Source: Candidatus Bipolaricaulota bacterium (GTDB lineage Bacteria > Bipolaricaulota > Bipolaricaulia > UBA7950 > UBA9294). Taken from it: DNA of 34,545 bases. Shown here in pieces: positions 26,641 through 34,545 of the stretch. The stretch's first letter is position 1; each line of letters begins with the position of its first letter. The translations under genes and the position numbers were made by a program. The stretch lies in contig JBFMGK010000060.1 in NCBI GenBank assembly GCA_040752575.1, positions 1 through 34,545 of the forward strand. The letters run 5' to 3'. The notes beneath the pieces are model-generated. The model ran no database searches. It was not told the origin of the DNA and saw nothing but the letters and a program-made list of their open reading frames with translations.

Positions 26641-27816
26641 TCAGAAAAGAAGCTCGAATCCGAAAGCCGCAAGGTCGATACCGCTCCAGCTGAACTCCGC
26701 GCGCGTGAACAGGACCACGCCGCTGAAGCCTACCTCGGCCCGCAGAATCTCCGCCGTGAAGCCCGACGCATCGAACACCGTGAGGCTCCGGAACGTCACC
26801 GGCGCCAGCGTAGCTTCAATGGCGACCTTCTCCGCGGCAAACATGAACGCGCCGTCGAAGTCCGTCTCACTCGTCACAGTCACGCCGCAAACGTCGAACG
26901 CCACGGCGAATCCCTGACGTTCGAAGACGATAGACAGCGGGAAGGGAAACGTCGGCTCCGCGAAGACCGTCCACGACGTCGCCTGGACTCCGCCGATCTC
27001 GAGATCCACGACGAACGTCAGCCCGGTGATGGAGAAACTCGCGTCAAGAGACGCGCCGGTGGCGAATCGCAGCGGGGGATCGTCGAACCGGTAGCCGAGT
27101 TCGAACTGCATCGCCGCCAGGCCGCCGACGTCGAACCAGGTGGTCTGGCTGGCCACCATGCCGCAGAAGTCGACCGTAAGACGAACGAGCGCTTCGGAGA
27201 ACGTGAACCCTGGAACCAGCGTGACGTCGAACACCGCGTCGGGCTCAGCGATGGCCTCAAGGTGGCGGAACAACGACAGCCAGTCCCAGGCAAACGGCGC
27301 AGCGGCCCCGCCGAGCTTCTGCACGAGATCCACAGCGCCGAACCCCGTAAGGCTCGCGAGCGCGAAGCCGCTCGCGACTTCACTCGATAGAGAGACCACC
27401 ATTCCCATCGTGAATTCCGGCGTCTGCACGGATCCCAGGTTCCCCAGGATCCAGTCGAGGCCGATCTGGACGCCGACGATGCAGAGGTCCAGAGACAGTT
27501 CATTCCAGGTGAACCCTGGTGCGAACCGCATCTCCTCGCCGACCTTCACCGGACCCGCGTCGACGGCGATCGTGACCTCTTCGCCAACGAATCCGGCTAG
27601 GTCGAACGCCGTGCAGGATGCGAGCGAGAAACCGGGAAGCGCAAACGACAGGCAGAGATCTGATGCGAGGGTATACGAAGCCGGCGGAACCGGCGCGAAG
27701 GCAATCTCCAGGCCGACGTTCGCGGAGAACCCGAGGTCGCTTGCCGCCACCGGCGCTGCAACCGAGAACAAGATGGCGAGCCAGACAACGAGGCTCATGC
27801 CCGTCCGATGCATCAT
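26641..27816 (-). CDS. Exported repeat-rich beta-strand protein, putative outer-membrane beta-barrel
   Basis: Signal peptide, alternating hydrophobic strands, recurring S-x-T-x-F-D-x-x-G-F units, C-terminal FGFELLF. SD GGAGGAGGT. Confidence 0.6.
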   Translation of the reverse strand: MMHRTGMSLVVWLAILFSVAAPVAASDLGFSANVGLEIAFAPVPPASYTLASDLCLSFALPGFSLASCTAFDLAGFVGEEVTIAVDAGPVKVGEEMRFAPGFTWNELSLDLCIVGVQIGLDWILGNLGSVQTPEFTMGMVVSLSSEVASGFALASLTGFGAVDLVQKLGGAAAPFAWDWLSLFRHLEAIAEPDAVFDVTLVPGFTFSEALVRLTVDFCGMVASQTTWFDVGGLAAMQFELGYRFDDPPLRFATGASLDASFSITGLTFVVDLEIGGVQATSWTVFAEPTFPFPLSIVFERQGFAVAFDVCGVTVTSETDFDGAFMFAAEKVAIEATLAPVTFRSLTVFDASGFTAEILRAEVGFSGVVLFTRAEFSWSGIDLAAFGFELLF

Positions 27817-27944
27817 GACCTCCTCCCGAATGACGCTCCCAACGTAGCGGAGGTCATCGGTCTGGAGGGCGCTACGCGTCCCGAGTCGCCTCGGGATTTG
27901 TCACCGCAGGCCGGGACATCTGTACGCTTCGCTGTGCAGATGCC
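27815..27944 (-). promoter_or_regulatory. Structured intergenic leader: hairpin, GNRA-capped hairpin and anti-SD element
   Basis: Hairpin GGCATCTGCAC/GTACAGATGTC after the DUF1015 stop. TCCCGAG-GCGA-CTCGGGA. CGTAGCG/CGCTACG. ATGACCTCC is complementary to GGAGGTCAT (SD plus start). Confidence 0.5.
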
Positions 27945-29249
27945 TCAGGGCTTCCTGATCTGCATCTTCATCGCAACAAGCCCCGTGAGGAGTTTAGGGT
28001 AGAAGTCGGTGGACTTCTGCGGCATCTTCTCCCCGTGGTCTGCAACGCGGACGACTTCCTCGGCGCCAGTGGGGTTGAGCAGGAAGAAGGCCTGTTCGGT
28101 TCCCGACTCGATGCCCTTCTTCCCCTTCTCCAGGGTGACCGAGTAGGTGACGTGTGTCTGCTCTTCCAGGGCTCGCGCGTCGATCCCCAAGAGCGGCTCG
28201 AGGATCGCGGAGTGGAGGATCGATACATCGAGCCGCTTGTAGTCGCGTGACCACTCCGAGGGGATCAGCTGATCCATCGCCGCCTCATCGCGTAAGGTCA
28301 GGGTGGCGTACACGTTGCGCGCGTACATCCCGAAAGTGTGACGATCCTTCCCAGCACGCGCCGCCGCCTCCATCGCTTCGAACGTGGGGAAGCGCGACAC
28401 GAGGAACCTCTCACCGGCCGCATCGAGGAAAGACTCGACGTCGAATCCGGGAACCCCATGAACCAGTCGATGGATCGGCCGAATGGTCATCCCAGGCTCC
28501 GCGACGTTGAAGAGCGTCATCAACCGCTTGTCGAAGGACTCTGTCGCCGCCGTCATCCACCCAGCCGCCGCGCACTCGCGCAGGTAGTTCACCGAGGTCT
28601 CGAACCGATGATGTCCATCGGCGATGTAGAGCTCCTTGTCCGCCAGCGCTTCCTGTACGTCGCGGATCACCTGCGGATCGTTGACCCGCCAGATCCGATG
28701 TGCGTTCTTGTCCGCATCCTCGGCAACCATCGCCGGCTGGAGAACCGAGACGGCTTCGCCAAGCGCCCGGTCCGCCCGACGATCCTCATCGTGGTAGAGC
28801 ATGAAGACATGCTCCAAGTTGGCCTCGGTCGCACGCATCAGTCGCAGCCGGTCCTCTTTGGGCCCCTTAAGGGTCTTCTCGTGCGCGTGTACGCGCTCCG
28901 GCTGGAGCTGCGCGAGCGCCATGAATCCCTTCCGGACCAGACGCTCGCCGCCAAACGAGTACTCCTGGTGGTAGACGTAGAGAGCCGGCTCGGGGTCCTG
29001 GACAAGCACGCCTTCGCGGAGCCACTGGTTGAGCGTTCTTGCCGCACGGGCGTACAAGCTTTCCGTCGCACCGTCTCCGGGCTCAGCTTTTCCTTTCGTG
29101 ATCCGCACGATATTCAGCGGGTGGCGAGCGTAGAGCGCTGCCTGCACGTCGTCGGGAACGCGATCGTACGGAGGGGCGACAAGGTTGCTTAGCTCGGCAA
29201 GAAGCCGCTCTGCGTAGTGCACGCCGCGAAACGGGAATACCTGGGCCAT
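27945..29249 (-). CDS. DUF1015 family protein
   Basis: VFPFRG...VAPPYD, YVYHQEY, HAHEKT, LYIADGHHRFET, PIHRL, MPQKSTDFYPKLLTGL. Confidence 0.92.
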   Translation of the reverse strand: MAQVFPFRGVHYAERLLAELSNLVAPPYDRVPDDVQAALYARHPLNIVRITKGKAEPGDGATESLYARAARTLNQWLREGVLVQDPEPALYVYHQEYSFGGERLVRKGFMALAQLQPERVHAHEKTLKGPKEDRLRLMRATEANLEHVFMLYHDEDRRADRALGEAVSVLQPAMVAEDADKNAHRIWRVNDPQVIRDVQEALADKELYIADGHHRFETSVNYLRECAAAGWMTAATESFDKRLMTLFNVAEPGMTIRPIHRLVHGVPGFDVESFLDAAGERFLVSRFPTFEAMEAAARAGKDRHTFGMYARNVYATLTLRDEAAMDQLIPSEWSRDYKRLDVSILHSAILEPLLGIDARALEEQTHVTYSVTLEKGKKGIESGTEQAFFLLNPTGAEEVVRVADHGEKMPQKSTDFYPKLLTGLVAMKMQIRKP

Positions 29250-29255
29250 CTCGTC

Positions 29256-30182
29256 TCACCCTCTCGCCATCTTGGCGAACTCGATCACGATCTTCGCTGC
29301 CTCGTCCCCAACTCGTTCCTGCGCCTCGGGTGTTGCGGCGCCGATGTGCGGGGTCAGAGAGACGTTCTCGGCCCTCAGGAGAGGGTTCTCTGGGGCAGGC
29401 GGCTCGGCAGAGAAGACGTCCAGCGCAGCGCCCCCGACGTGACCGTCGGCAAGAGCGCGGGCGAGCAAGACCTCGTCAACCACGCCTCCGCGGGCGCAAT
29501 TCACGATCCGCACGCCCTTCTTCATGCGCGCGAACTCCGCCTCCCCGAGAACGGCACCGCGAGCCGCGTCATACGGGACGTGAAGCGAGATGAAGTCGCT
29601 CGCGGCCAGCAACTCCTCGAGCGAGACAAGCCGCGCAACGTCAGGGACCGGACTCTCTTTCAGGAACGCATCGGAGCAGAGGACCGTCATTCCAAGAGCC
29701 TGCCCCTTGCGAGCCAGCGCCTGACCGATTCGCCCGATGCCTACGATGCCGAGCGTCTTCCCGGCGATCTCGCTGCCCTCGAGCGTCTTCTTCTCCCACT
29801 TGCCCGCCTTCATCGACACGGTCCCACGCGCGATGTGGCGCGCAAGAGACAGGATGTGCCCCAGCGCCAGTTCGGCGACGGAGTTCGTGCTCGCGCCCGG
29901 CGTGTTCCGAACCTCAATGCCCCTCAGCTCTGCGTGCGCAGCGTCCACGTTGTCGAGTCCCACGCCGGCGCGTACGACCAGCTTCAGGCGAACGCCCGCG
30001 TCGAGGACCGCTGCAGTCACCTTCGTCGCACTCCGCACGACCATCGCGTCGTACTCGCCAACCTCGCGCAGGAGCGCGTCCGGCGTCAGGTTCGTCTTCT
30101 CGTCGACGACGAGACCCGCCTCGCGCATCGCCTCAACGGCCCGCGCGTCCAGCGGATCGCTCGCAAGAACCTTGAATGGCAT
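29256..30182 (-). CDS. serA: D-3-phosphoglycerate dehydrogenase, short form without ACT domain
   Basis: VRSATKV, RAGVGLDNVD, NTPGASTNSVAEL, GIVGIGRIG, NCARGG, TPHIGAAT. 308 aa. Confidence 0.88.
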   Translation of the reverse strand: MPFKVLASDPLDARAVEAMREAGLVVDEKTNLTPDALLREVGEYDAMVVRSATKVTAAVLDAGVRLKLVVRAGVGLDNVDAAHAELRGIEVRNTPGASTNSVAELALGHILSLARHIARGTVSMKAGKWEKKTLEGSEIAGKTLGIVGIGRIGQALARKGQALGMTVLCSDAFLKESPVPDVARLVSLEELLAASDFISLHVPYDAARGAVLGEAEFARMKKGVRIVNCARGGVVDEVLLARALADGHVGGAALDVFSAEPPAPENPLLRAENVSLTPHIGAATPEAQERVGDEAAKIVIEFAKMARG

Positions 30183-30191
30183 GGCTCCCTC

Positions 30192-31259
30192 CTACAGGCC
30201 GAGAATCGTCTCGAGCGTCCGCAGGAGACCCTGGATCTGATCCACTTGGACATCGCCCATGTGTGCGATGCGGAAGGTCTTCCCCTTGAGGTCGCCGTAG
30301 CCGTTCTCGATGCGCGCGTTGTAGTCGTTCACGAGCGACTTGATCATCGCCGACGCATCGATGTCCCGCGTGTTCTTCACGCAGGTCAGCGTCTGCGACC
30401 AGTAGCCCTTCTCTGGGTAGATGTCGAAGTACTTCTTGGCCCAGGCCTGCACAATGCCCGCCATCTTCGAGTGGCGCGCGAAGCGATTCTCGATTCCCTC
30501 AGCCATCATCGCATCGAGCTGCGCATCGAGCGCGAACATCTGAGGAATGGCGGGCGTCGCCGGGGTCTGGTTCTTGAGATGGAACTTGTGCATGTCGGGG
30601 AGGTTGAAGTAGTAGCTGCGCGGCGGAACGCGCTTCGCACGCTCGAGAGCGCGCGAGCTGACGGCCGCCACGGCAAGCCCGGGCGGCAAGGCGAATGCCT
30701 TCTGGACGCCGGCGAGAACGTAGTCGATGCCCCACGCGTCGGTGTCGATCTTCGCTCCCGCCATGCCGCTGACGGCGTCGACCAGGAGGAAGACGTCGGG
30801 ATAGCGGCGAACCACGGCGGCGAGCTCCTCAAGCGGGTTCATCATGCCGGTCGATGTCTCGTTGAACACCAAGGTCACGGCGTCATAGGTGCCCGTCCGG
30901 AGTTTCTCGTCGAGCATCTCGGGCTTCACAGCGATATCCCACGGGATCTCGAACGCGTCGCAAGGCACGCCGTTTCCTATAGTGATCTCGTGCCATCGCC
31001 TGGAGAACGCGCCGTTCACCAGATTCAGGCACCGTTTCTCAACCAGGTTCGTTACGGCTGCCTCCATCGCTCCCGTCGACGAGGCCGTGAACAGCAGCAC
31101 GGGATTCTCTGTGAACAGAACCTTCTGGAGTTTCTGTTGAATTCTTGCATATAGCTCGGAGAACTCCGGCGAGCGGTGGTGGATCTGCGGCGTCGCGAGT
31201 TCCTTGAGGATCTCTGGTCGGACTTCTGTCGGGCCCGGCGTGAACAGACGCTTGAACAT
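30192..31259 (-). CDS. Class V PLP aminotransferase (AGT/serine-pyruvate type), probable phosphoserine aminotransferase by context
   Basis: LFTPGPTEV, HHRS, SSTGAME, NETSTG, VDAVS, GVQKAFALPPG, FRIAHMG. ATG 31259 follows SD GGAGGAG. Confidence 0.9.
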   Translation of the reverse strand: MFKRLFTPGPTEVRPEILKELATPQIHHRSPEFSELYARIQQKLQKVLFTENPVLLFTASSTGAMEAAVTNLVEKRCLNLVNGAFSRRWHEITIGNGVPCDAFEIPWDIAVKPEMLDEKLRTGTYDAVTLVFNETSTGMMNPLEELAAVVRRYPDVFLLVDAVSGMAGAKIDTDAWGIDYVLAGVQKAFALPPGLAVAAVSSRALERAKRVPPRSYYFNLPDMHKFHLKNQTPATPAIPQMFALDAQLDAMMAEGIENRFARHSKMAGIVQAWAKKYFDIYPEKGYWSQTLTCVKNTRDIDASAMIKSLVNDYNARIENGYGDLKGKTFRIAHMGDVQVDQIQGLLRTLETILGL

Positions 31260-31296
31260 GGCTCCTCCGTACGATCGGTCGTATCGGCCTGGGCCG

Positions 31297-31325
31297 AGAA
31301 TACTAAGGTCCCCAGCTCGCTGCAA
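31297..31325 (-). promoter_or_regulatory. Candidate sigma70 promoter of the serine operon
   Basis: TTGCAG, 17 nt, TATTCT. Confidence 0.5.
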
Positions 31326-31371
31326 TGCGTCTCATCTTTCGGGATTGCACTCCAGCACGCCAGCGGGCGCC

Positions 31372-31400
31372 TTGGAGCCGACGGGTTCCACCACTAGAAT
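31372..31400 (+). promoter_or_regulatory. Candidate sigma70 promoter of lemA
   Basis: TTGGAG, 17 nt, TAGAAT. Confidence 0.55.
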
Positions 31401-31425
31401 CCGTTACGGCATCAAAGGAGGAACC

Positions 31426-31980
31426 ATGGTTCCGCTGTTCGTCTTCTTGGGAGTTGCCGCCGTCGTCCTGCTCTGGGGTATCGCGGCGTACAACCGATTC
31501 GTTCGGCTGCGGGTGCGCTCCGAGGAGTCGTGGCGCGACATCGATACGCAGCTCAAGCGACGTTGGGACCTCATCCCGAACCTCGTCGAAACGGTCAAGG
31601 GATATGCAACGCACGAACGCGAGGTCTTCGAGCGCGTCACGCAGGCGCGGGCCCGCGCTCAGGCTGCCGCGACGCCCAAGGACCAGGAGGCCGCCGAGGC
31701 ACAGCTCCGCGGCGCCATGATGAACCTCTTCGCCGTCGCCGAAGCGTACCCTCAGCTCAAGGCCGACCAGAACTTCCTCCAACTGCAATCCTCACTGTCC
31801 GAGGTGGAGGACGCCCTACAGAAGTCTCGTCGCTACTACAACGCCGTCGTCCGCGATTTCAATACCGCGCTTCAGGTCTTCCCAGGAAGCCTGATCGCGG
31901 GTCTGTTCGGGTTCAAGCCCCGCGAGTTCTATGCGCTCGAAGACGAGGCGCAACGCGAGGCACCAAAGGTCAAGTTCTGA
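31426..31980 (+). CDS. lemA: LemA family protein
   Basis: YNRFV...IDTQLKRRWDLIPNLVETVKGYATHE, VAEAYPQLKADQNF, RRYYNAVV. SD AAAGGAGG. Confidence 0.95.
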   Translation: MVPLFVFLGVAAVVLLWGIAAYNRFVRLRVRSEESWRDIDTQLKRRWDLIPNLVETVKGYATHEREVFERVTQARARAQAAATPKDQEAAEAQLRGAMMNLFAVAEAYPQLKADQNFLQLQSSLSEVEDALQKSRRYYNAVVRDFNTALQVFPGSLIAGLFGFKPREFYALEDEAQREAPKVKF

Positions 31981-33725
31981 TGAAGACGATCGCCCTGGCC
32001 GTCGCCATCGCCGCGATCCTCGGCTGCACGGCGTCGGGAACCCTCTACGTTGACTCATTCCACGCCGACCTCGAGCTGTCGTCCGCGGGCGAACTCCGCG
32101 TCGTGGAGACCATCACGGTCGCCTACCTGAGCCCGCACCATGGCATCGAGCGCTGGATCCCCGCCTCGTACCGCACGTCCATCGGCACACGTGTGACGAT
32201 CGATCTGGAAGTCGTTTCGGTCACGATGGACGGCCGGCCCGTTCCGAGTTCTCGTCGAACTTCAAGCGGCAACCTCGTCCTGCGCATCGGAGACGCCGCG
32301 CTCACGGTGATCGACACGCACACCTACGAGATCGAGTACACGGCATCCCGCGTCCTGCTGTTTCGCGACGACTACCTACAGCTCTACTGGAACGTCACGG
32401 GGACCGAGTGGGAACTCCCGATCCGCAGCGCGACAGCGACGCTCTTGTTGCCGCCTGAGGTATCGCTTGACCTCGTCAGCGCCATCAGCTACGCCGGTGC
32501 CTGGGGAAGCTCCGATTCGGGCTCGCCCGTGCAGCGAGACGCATCGGGGAGGCTAACCTTTTCGGCGGGACCCCTCAATCCGGGATCCGGTCTCACGATC
32601 GACGTCGCCATCCCGCGCAGCGCCATGCCCGCGCGACCTCCCAGCTTCGGCGAGAAGGTCGGGCGCTTCTTGCGAGAGAATCTGCTCGCCCTTCTTCCCC
32701 TGGCCACGCTCTTCCTGATGCTCGTCCTGTGGACTCGCCTCGGGCGCGACCCCAGCAAGGGCACGGTGGCTCCTTCCTTCGAGCCCCCGACGGGGGTCGG
32801 ACCCGCGGCGGCCGGCGTCCTGATCGACGATCGCATCGATCTGCGGGACATCTCGGCCCTCGTCATCGGGCTCGCCGTGAGCGGGCACCTCACGATTCGC
32901 GAGGAAACCCCGGAATCCGACTCGCTCGCGGAGAAAGCGCGTGCGTGGGTTGGCGGAGCCAGCCGACGCTATACGTTTGTGCGCGGACGGCGTTCTCCGG
33001 AAGACCTCTCCCCCGCGGAACGCACGCTGTATGACGCCATCTTCCCGGATGCGGAGTCCAACGAGACGCCGCTCTCGTCGCTCGAGAACCGGTTCTACAA
33101 ACATCTGCCGACGTTGCGCGTGCGGCTGTACGACGAGCTGATTGAGAAGCGTTTCTACGTTCACAACCCGGAACGCGTCCGTAAGTCTTACGCCGGTTGG
33201 GGAACATCCCTGCTGGCCGCCGGCTTTGGCCTTGGCCTGGTTCTCGGTTCCATCTATCTTGGCGCGGCACTCGCGGTTTCGGGCCTTATCGTCCTTGCGT
33301 TCTCGCCGATCATGCCGCGCAAGACGCGCAGCGGCGCCACAGCTCTTGCCGACGTCCTAGGCCTTGCCGAGTACATTCAGCGGGCCGAGAAGGATCGCAT
33401 CGAGTTCAGTGACGCCCCGGAGAAGAGCCCGCAGCATTTCGAGCAGCTACTGCCGTATGCCGTCGCTCTGGGGCTGACGGCCATTTGGGTGGAGAAGTTC
33501 GAGAACCTGCTCCGCGAGCCGCCGCAGTGGTACAGCGGAGGGTCGACCTTCAGCGGGCACGTATTCGCATCGTCTCTCTCTCGGCTGTCCGCGGGCATGC
33601 AGTCGACGTTCGTCTCGGCACCGCGGACCGCGCCGAGCGGTCGCTCCGCCTGGGGAGGGCGCAGCTCGTTTGGCGGGGGATTCTCTGGCGGCGGCTTCGG
33701 TGGAGGCGGCGGGCGCGGTTGGTAG
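31980..33725 (+). CDS. DUF2207 family membrane protein
   Basis: LRVVETI...HGIERWIP, LYWNVTGTEW, GRDP, FEQLLPYAVALG, Gly-rich GGGFGGGGGRGW end. TGATG coupling to lemA. Confidence 0.92.
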   Translation: MKTIALAVAIAAILGCTASGTLYVDSFHADLELSSAGELRVVETITVAYLSPHHGIERWIPASYRTSIGTRVTIDLEVVSVTMDGRPVPSSRRTSSGNLVLRIGDAALTVIDTHTYEIEYTASRVLLFRDDYLQLYWNVTGTEWELPIRSATATLLLPPEVSLDLVSAISYAGAWGSSDSGSPVQRDASGRLTFSAGPLNPGSGLTIDVAIPRSAMPARPPSFGEKVGRFLRENLLALLPLATLFLMLVLWTRLGRDPSKGTVAPSFEPPTGVGPAAAGVLIDDRIDLRDISALVIGLAVSGHLTIREETPESDSLAEKARAWVGGASRRYTFVRGRRSPEDLSPAERTLYDAIFPDAESNETPLSSLENRFYKHLPTLRVRLYDELIEKRFYVHNPERVRKSYAGWGTSLLAAGFGLGLVLGSIYLGAALAVSGLIVLAFSPIMPRKTRSGATALADVLGLAEYIQRAEKDRIEFSDAPEKSPQHFEQLLPYAVALGLTAIWVEKFENLLREPPQWYSGGSTFSGHVFASSLSRLSAGMQSTFVSAPRTAPSGRSAWGGRSSFGGGFSGGGFGGGGGRGW

Positions 33726-33765
33726 CCGCTTTCGGCGTAGGGATGTGCAGCTCCGTGGCGAGGGG

Positions 33766-33793
33766 TAGACAAAGGGCTGCGGCGCGGTACGAT
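33766..33793 (+). promoter_or_regulatory. Candidate sigma70 promoter of the DUF922 gene
   Basis: TAGACA, 16 nt, TACGAT. Confidence 0.45.
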
Positions 33794-33826
33794 AGGATCG
33801 ATCGGGGGGAAAGGGGAGACCAGCGG

Positions 33827-34426
33827 ATGGCTCGTCGAGCGATCGTCGTCGCGTGGCTCGTCGTTGTCGTATCGGCCTTTGGCTTTGCAGCGGAACTCCC
33901 ATCGAGTTATGTGTACTGGAGTTCCGCTCGCCCTCTTTCCTGGGCGGATTTCTGCGCGGCTCCGCCGGCCAACGTTGCGCAGACCAACTGGGTAGCCTCT
34001 CCGTCGCTTCATCTCGAGTGGACGGCGTCTTTCTCGGCAACGGGAGCCCGGTCCGCGTGGACGGCCCAAGTCACGACGCTCAACGTCACGAACGCCATGG
34101 ATACGGCGAGATCGTGGGTCCTCGCCTCGCGCGCGACTCCTTCCACCCTGCACCACGAGCAGCTTCACTTCGACCTCAACGAGGTCTATCGTCGCCTGCT
34201 CGAAATGACGCTGCGGCCGCTTACGGCCTGCGCAGCGTCTCCGGAGGTCGCTCTGCAGTCCCTACGCGATGCGTTGAATTCCGCAAGCGTCTCCATCTTG
34301 ACGCGGGTGGAACAAGCCCAGGCGCAGTTCGACCGCGACACGGCCCACGGGACCAACCTCGCCGCCCAGGCCATCTGGGAGGAGCGGATCGCCGTCGCAC
34401 TGGTCAATCCGCTTCTCGCGCCGTAG
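33827..34426 (+). CDS. Secreted DUF922 family putative Zn metalloprotease
   Basis: Signal peptide, WSSARPLSWADF, RSWV, LHHEQLHFDLNE (HExxH), QFDRDTAHG..Q..W. Confidence 0.85.
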   Translation: MARRAIVVAWLVVVVSAFGFAAELPSSYVYWSSARPLSWADFCAAPPANVAQTNWVASPSLHLEWTASFSATGARSAWTAQVTTLNVTNAMDTARSWVLASRATPSTLHHEQLHFDLNEVYRRLLEMTLRPLTACAASPEVALQSLRDALNSASVSILTRVEQAQAQFDRDTAHGTNLAAQAIWEERIAVALVNPLLAP

Positions 34427-34545
34427 CCGTCCGCCCGAGGAACTTCCCCCTCCCCCGCGTGTACGTCTTGTGTGGCATCGCAGGACAGCTCTTCGGCTCC
34501 TGCACGGGATGCTCATCCTCTCACGCCGACCCGGGGGGCGCGCCG

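Noticed and set aside
29217..31154. Long antisense ORFs (645 aa here; also 16890-18206, 12205-13203, 9310-10473)
   Set aside because: They are shadows of well-conserved genes on the opposite strand, expected in high-GC DNA, and have no recognisable motifs.
34439..34470. ECF-type promoter GGAACTT...CGTC near the right edge
   Set aside because: The spacing is 2-3 nt longer than typical, and the downstream gene is outside the window.
1..34545. Selenoproteins, CRISPR arrays, tRNA/rRNA, IS elements, prophage
   Set aside because: I found no in-frame TGA at catalytic Cys positions in the redox genes, no regularly spaced repeats, no cloverleaf or rRNA-like tracts, and no transposase, integrase or phage motifs. 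This was by eye only.

Overview
This is a GC-rich (roughly two-thirds G+C by eye), gene-dense bacterial chromosome segment with about 36 intact CDS. I see no rRNA, tRNA, CRISPR array or transposase. Gene content suggests an anaerobe with an outer membrane; Ca. Bipolaricaulota/Acetothermia is my guess from protein style only. Left part: thioesterase, cupin, an Amidase_3 protein lacking both Zn-binding His, an alpha/beta hydrolase, a UDG-family glycosylase, MscS, a PAS-PAS-GAF-GGDEF cyclase, a GyrI-like protein, a scar of two decayed divergent genes (GNAT/WYL), and a PP-loop ATPase plus strictosidine-synthase-like pair. Middle: a functionally uncharacterised metallocluster-type operon (DUF5320, 2x NifB/NifX, 2x Fe-S MinD-type ATPase, Mrp/ApbC, then a metal-binding protein), divergent from DUF134, with a palindrome inside its promoter. 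It is followed by an M55 peptidase and a redox-stress block (Trx-CcdA, Prx-PerR-catalase, flavoprotein, Rrf2-hcp). Right part: a surface-structure module (repeat beta-barrel protein, SigB/F-like sigma factor lacking region 4.2, two-domain pilin/adhesin-like protein, chaperone-like protein) behind a structured, switch-like RNA leader. It is followed by aminotransferase-serA-DUF1015, lemA-DUF2207 and DUF922. The best leads are the sigma/pilin module with its RNA leader and the DUF134-NifX-ATPase system. All family assignments come from motif recognition by eye, not database searches.
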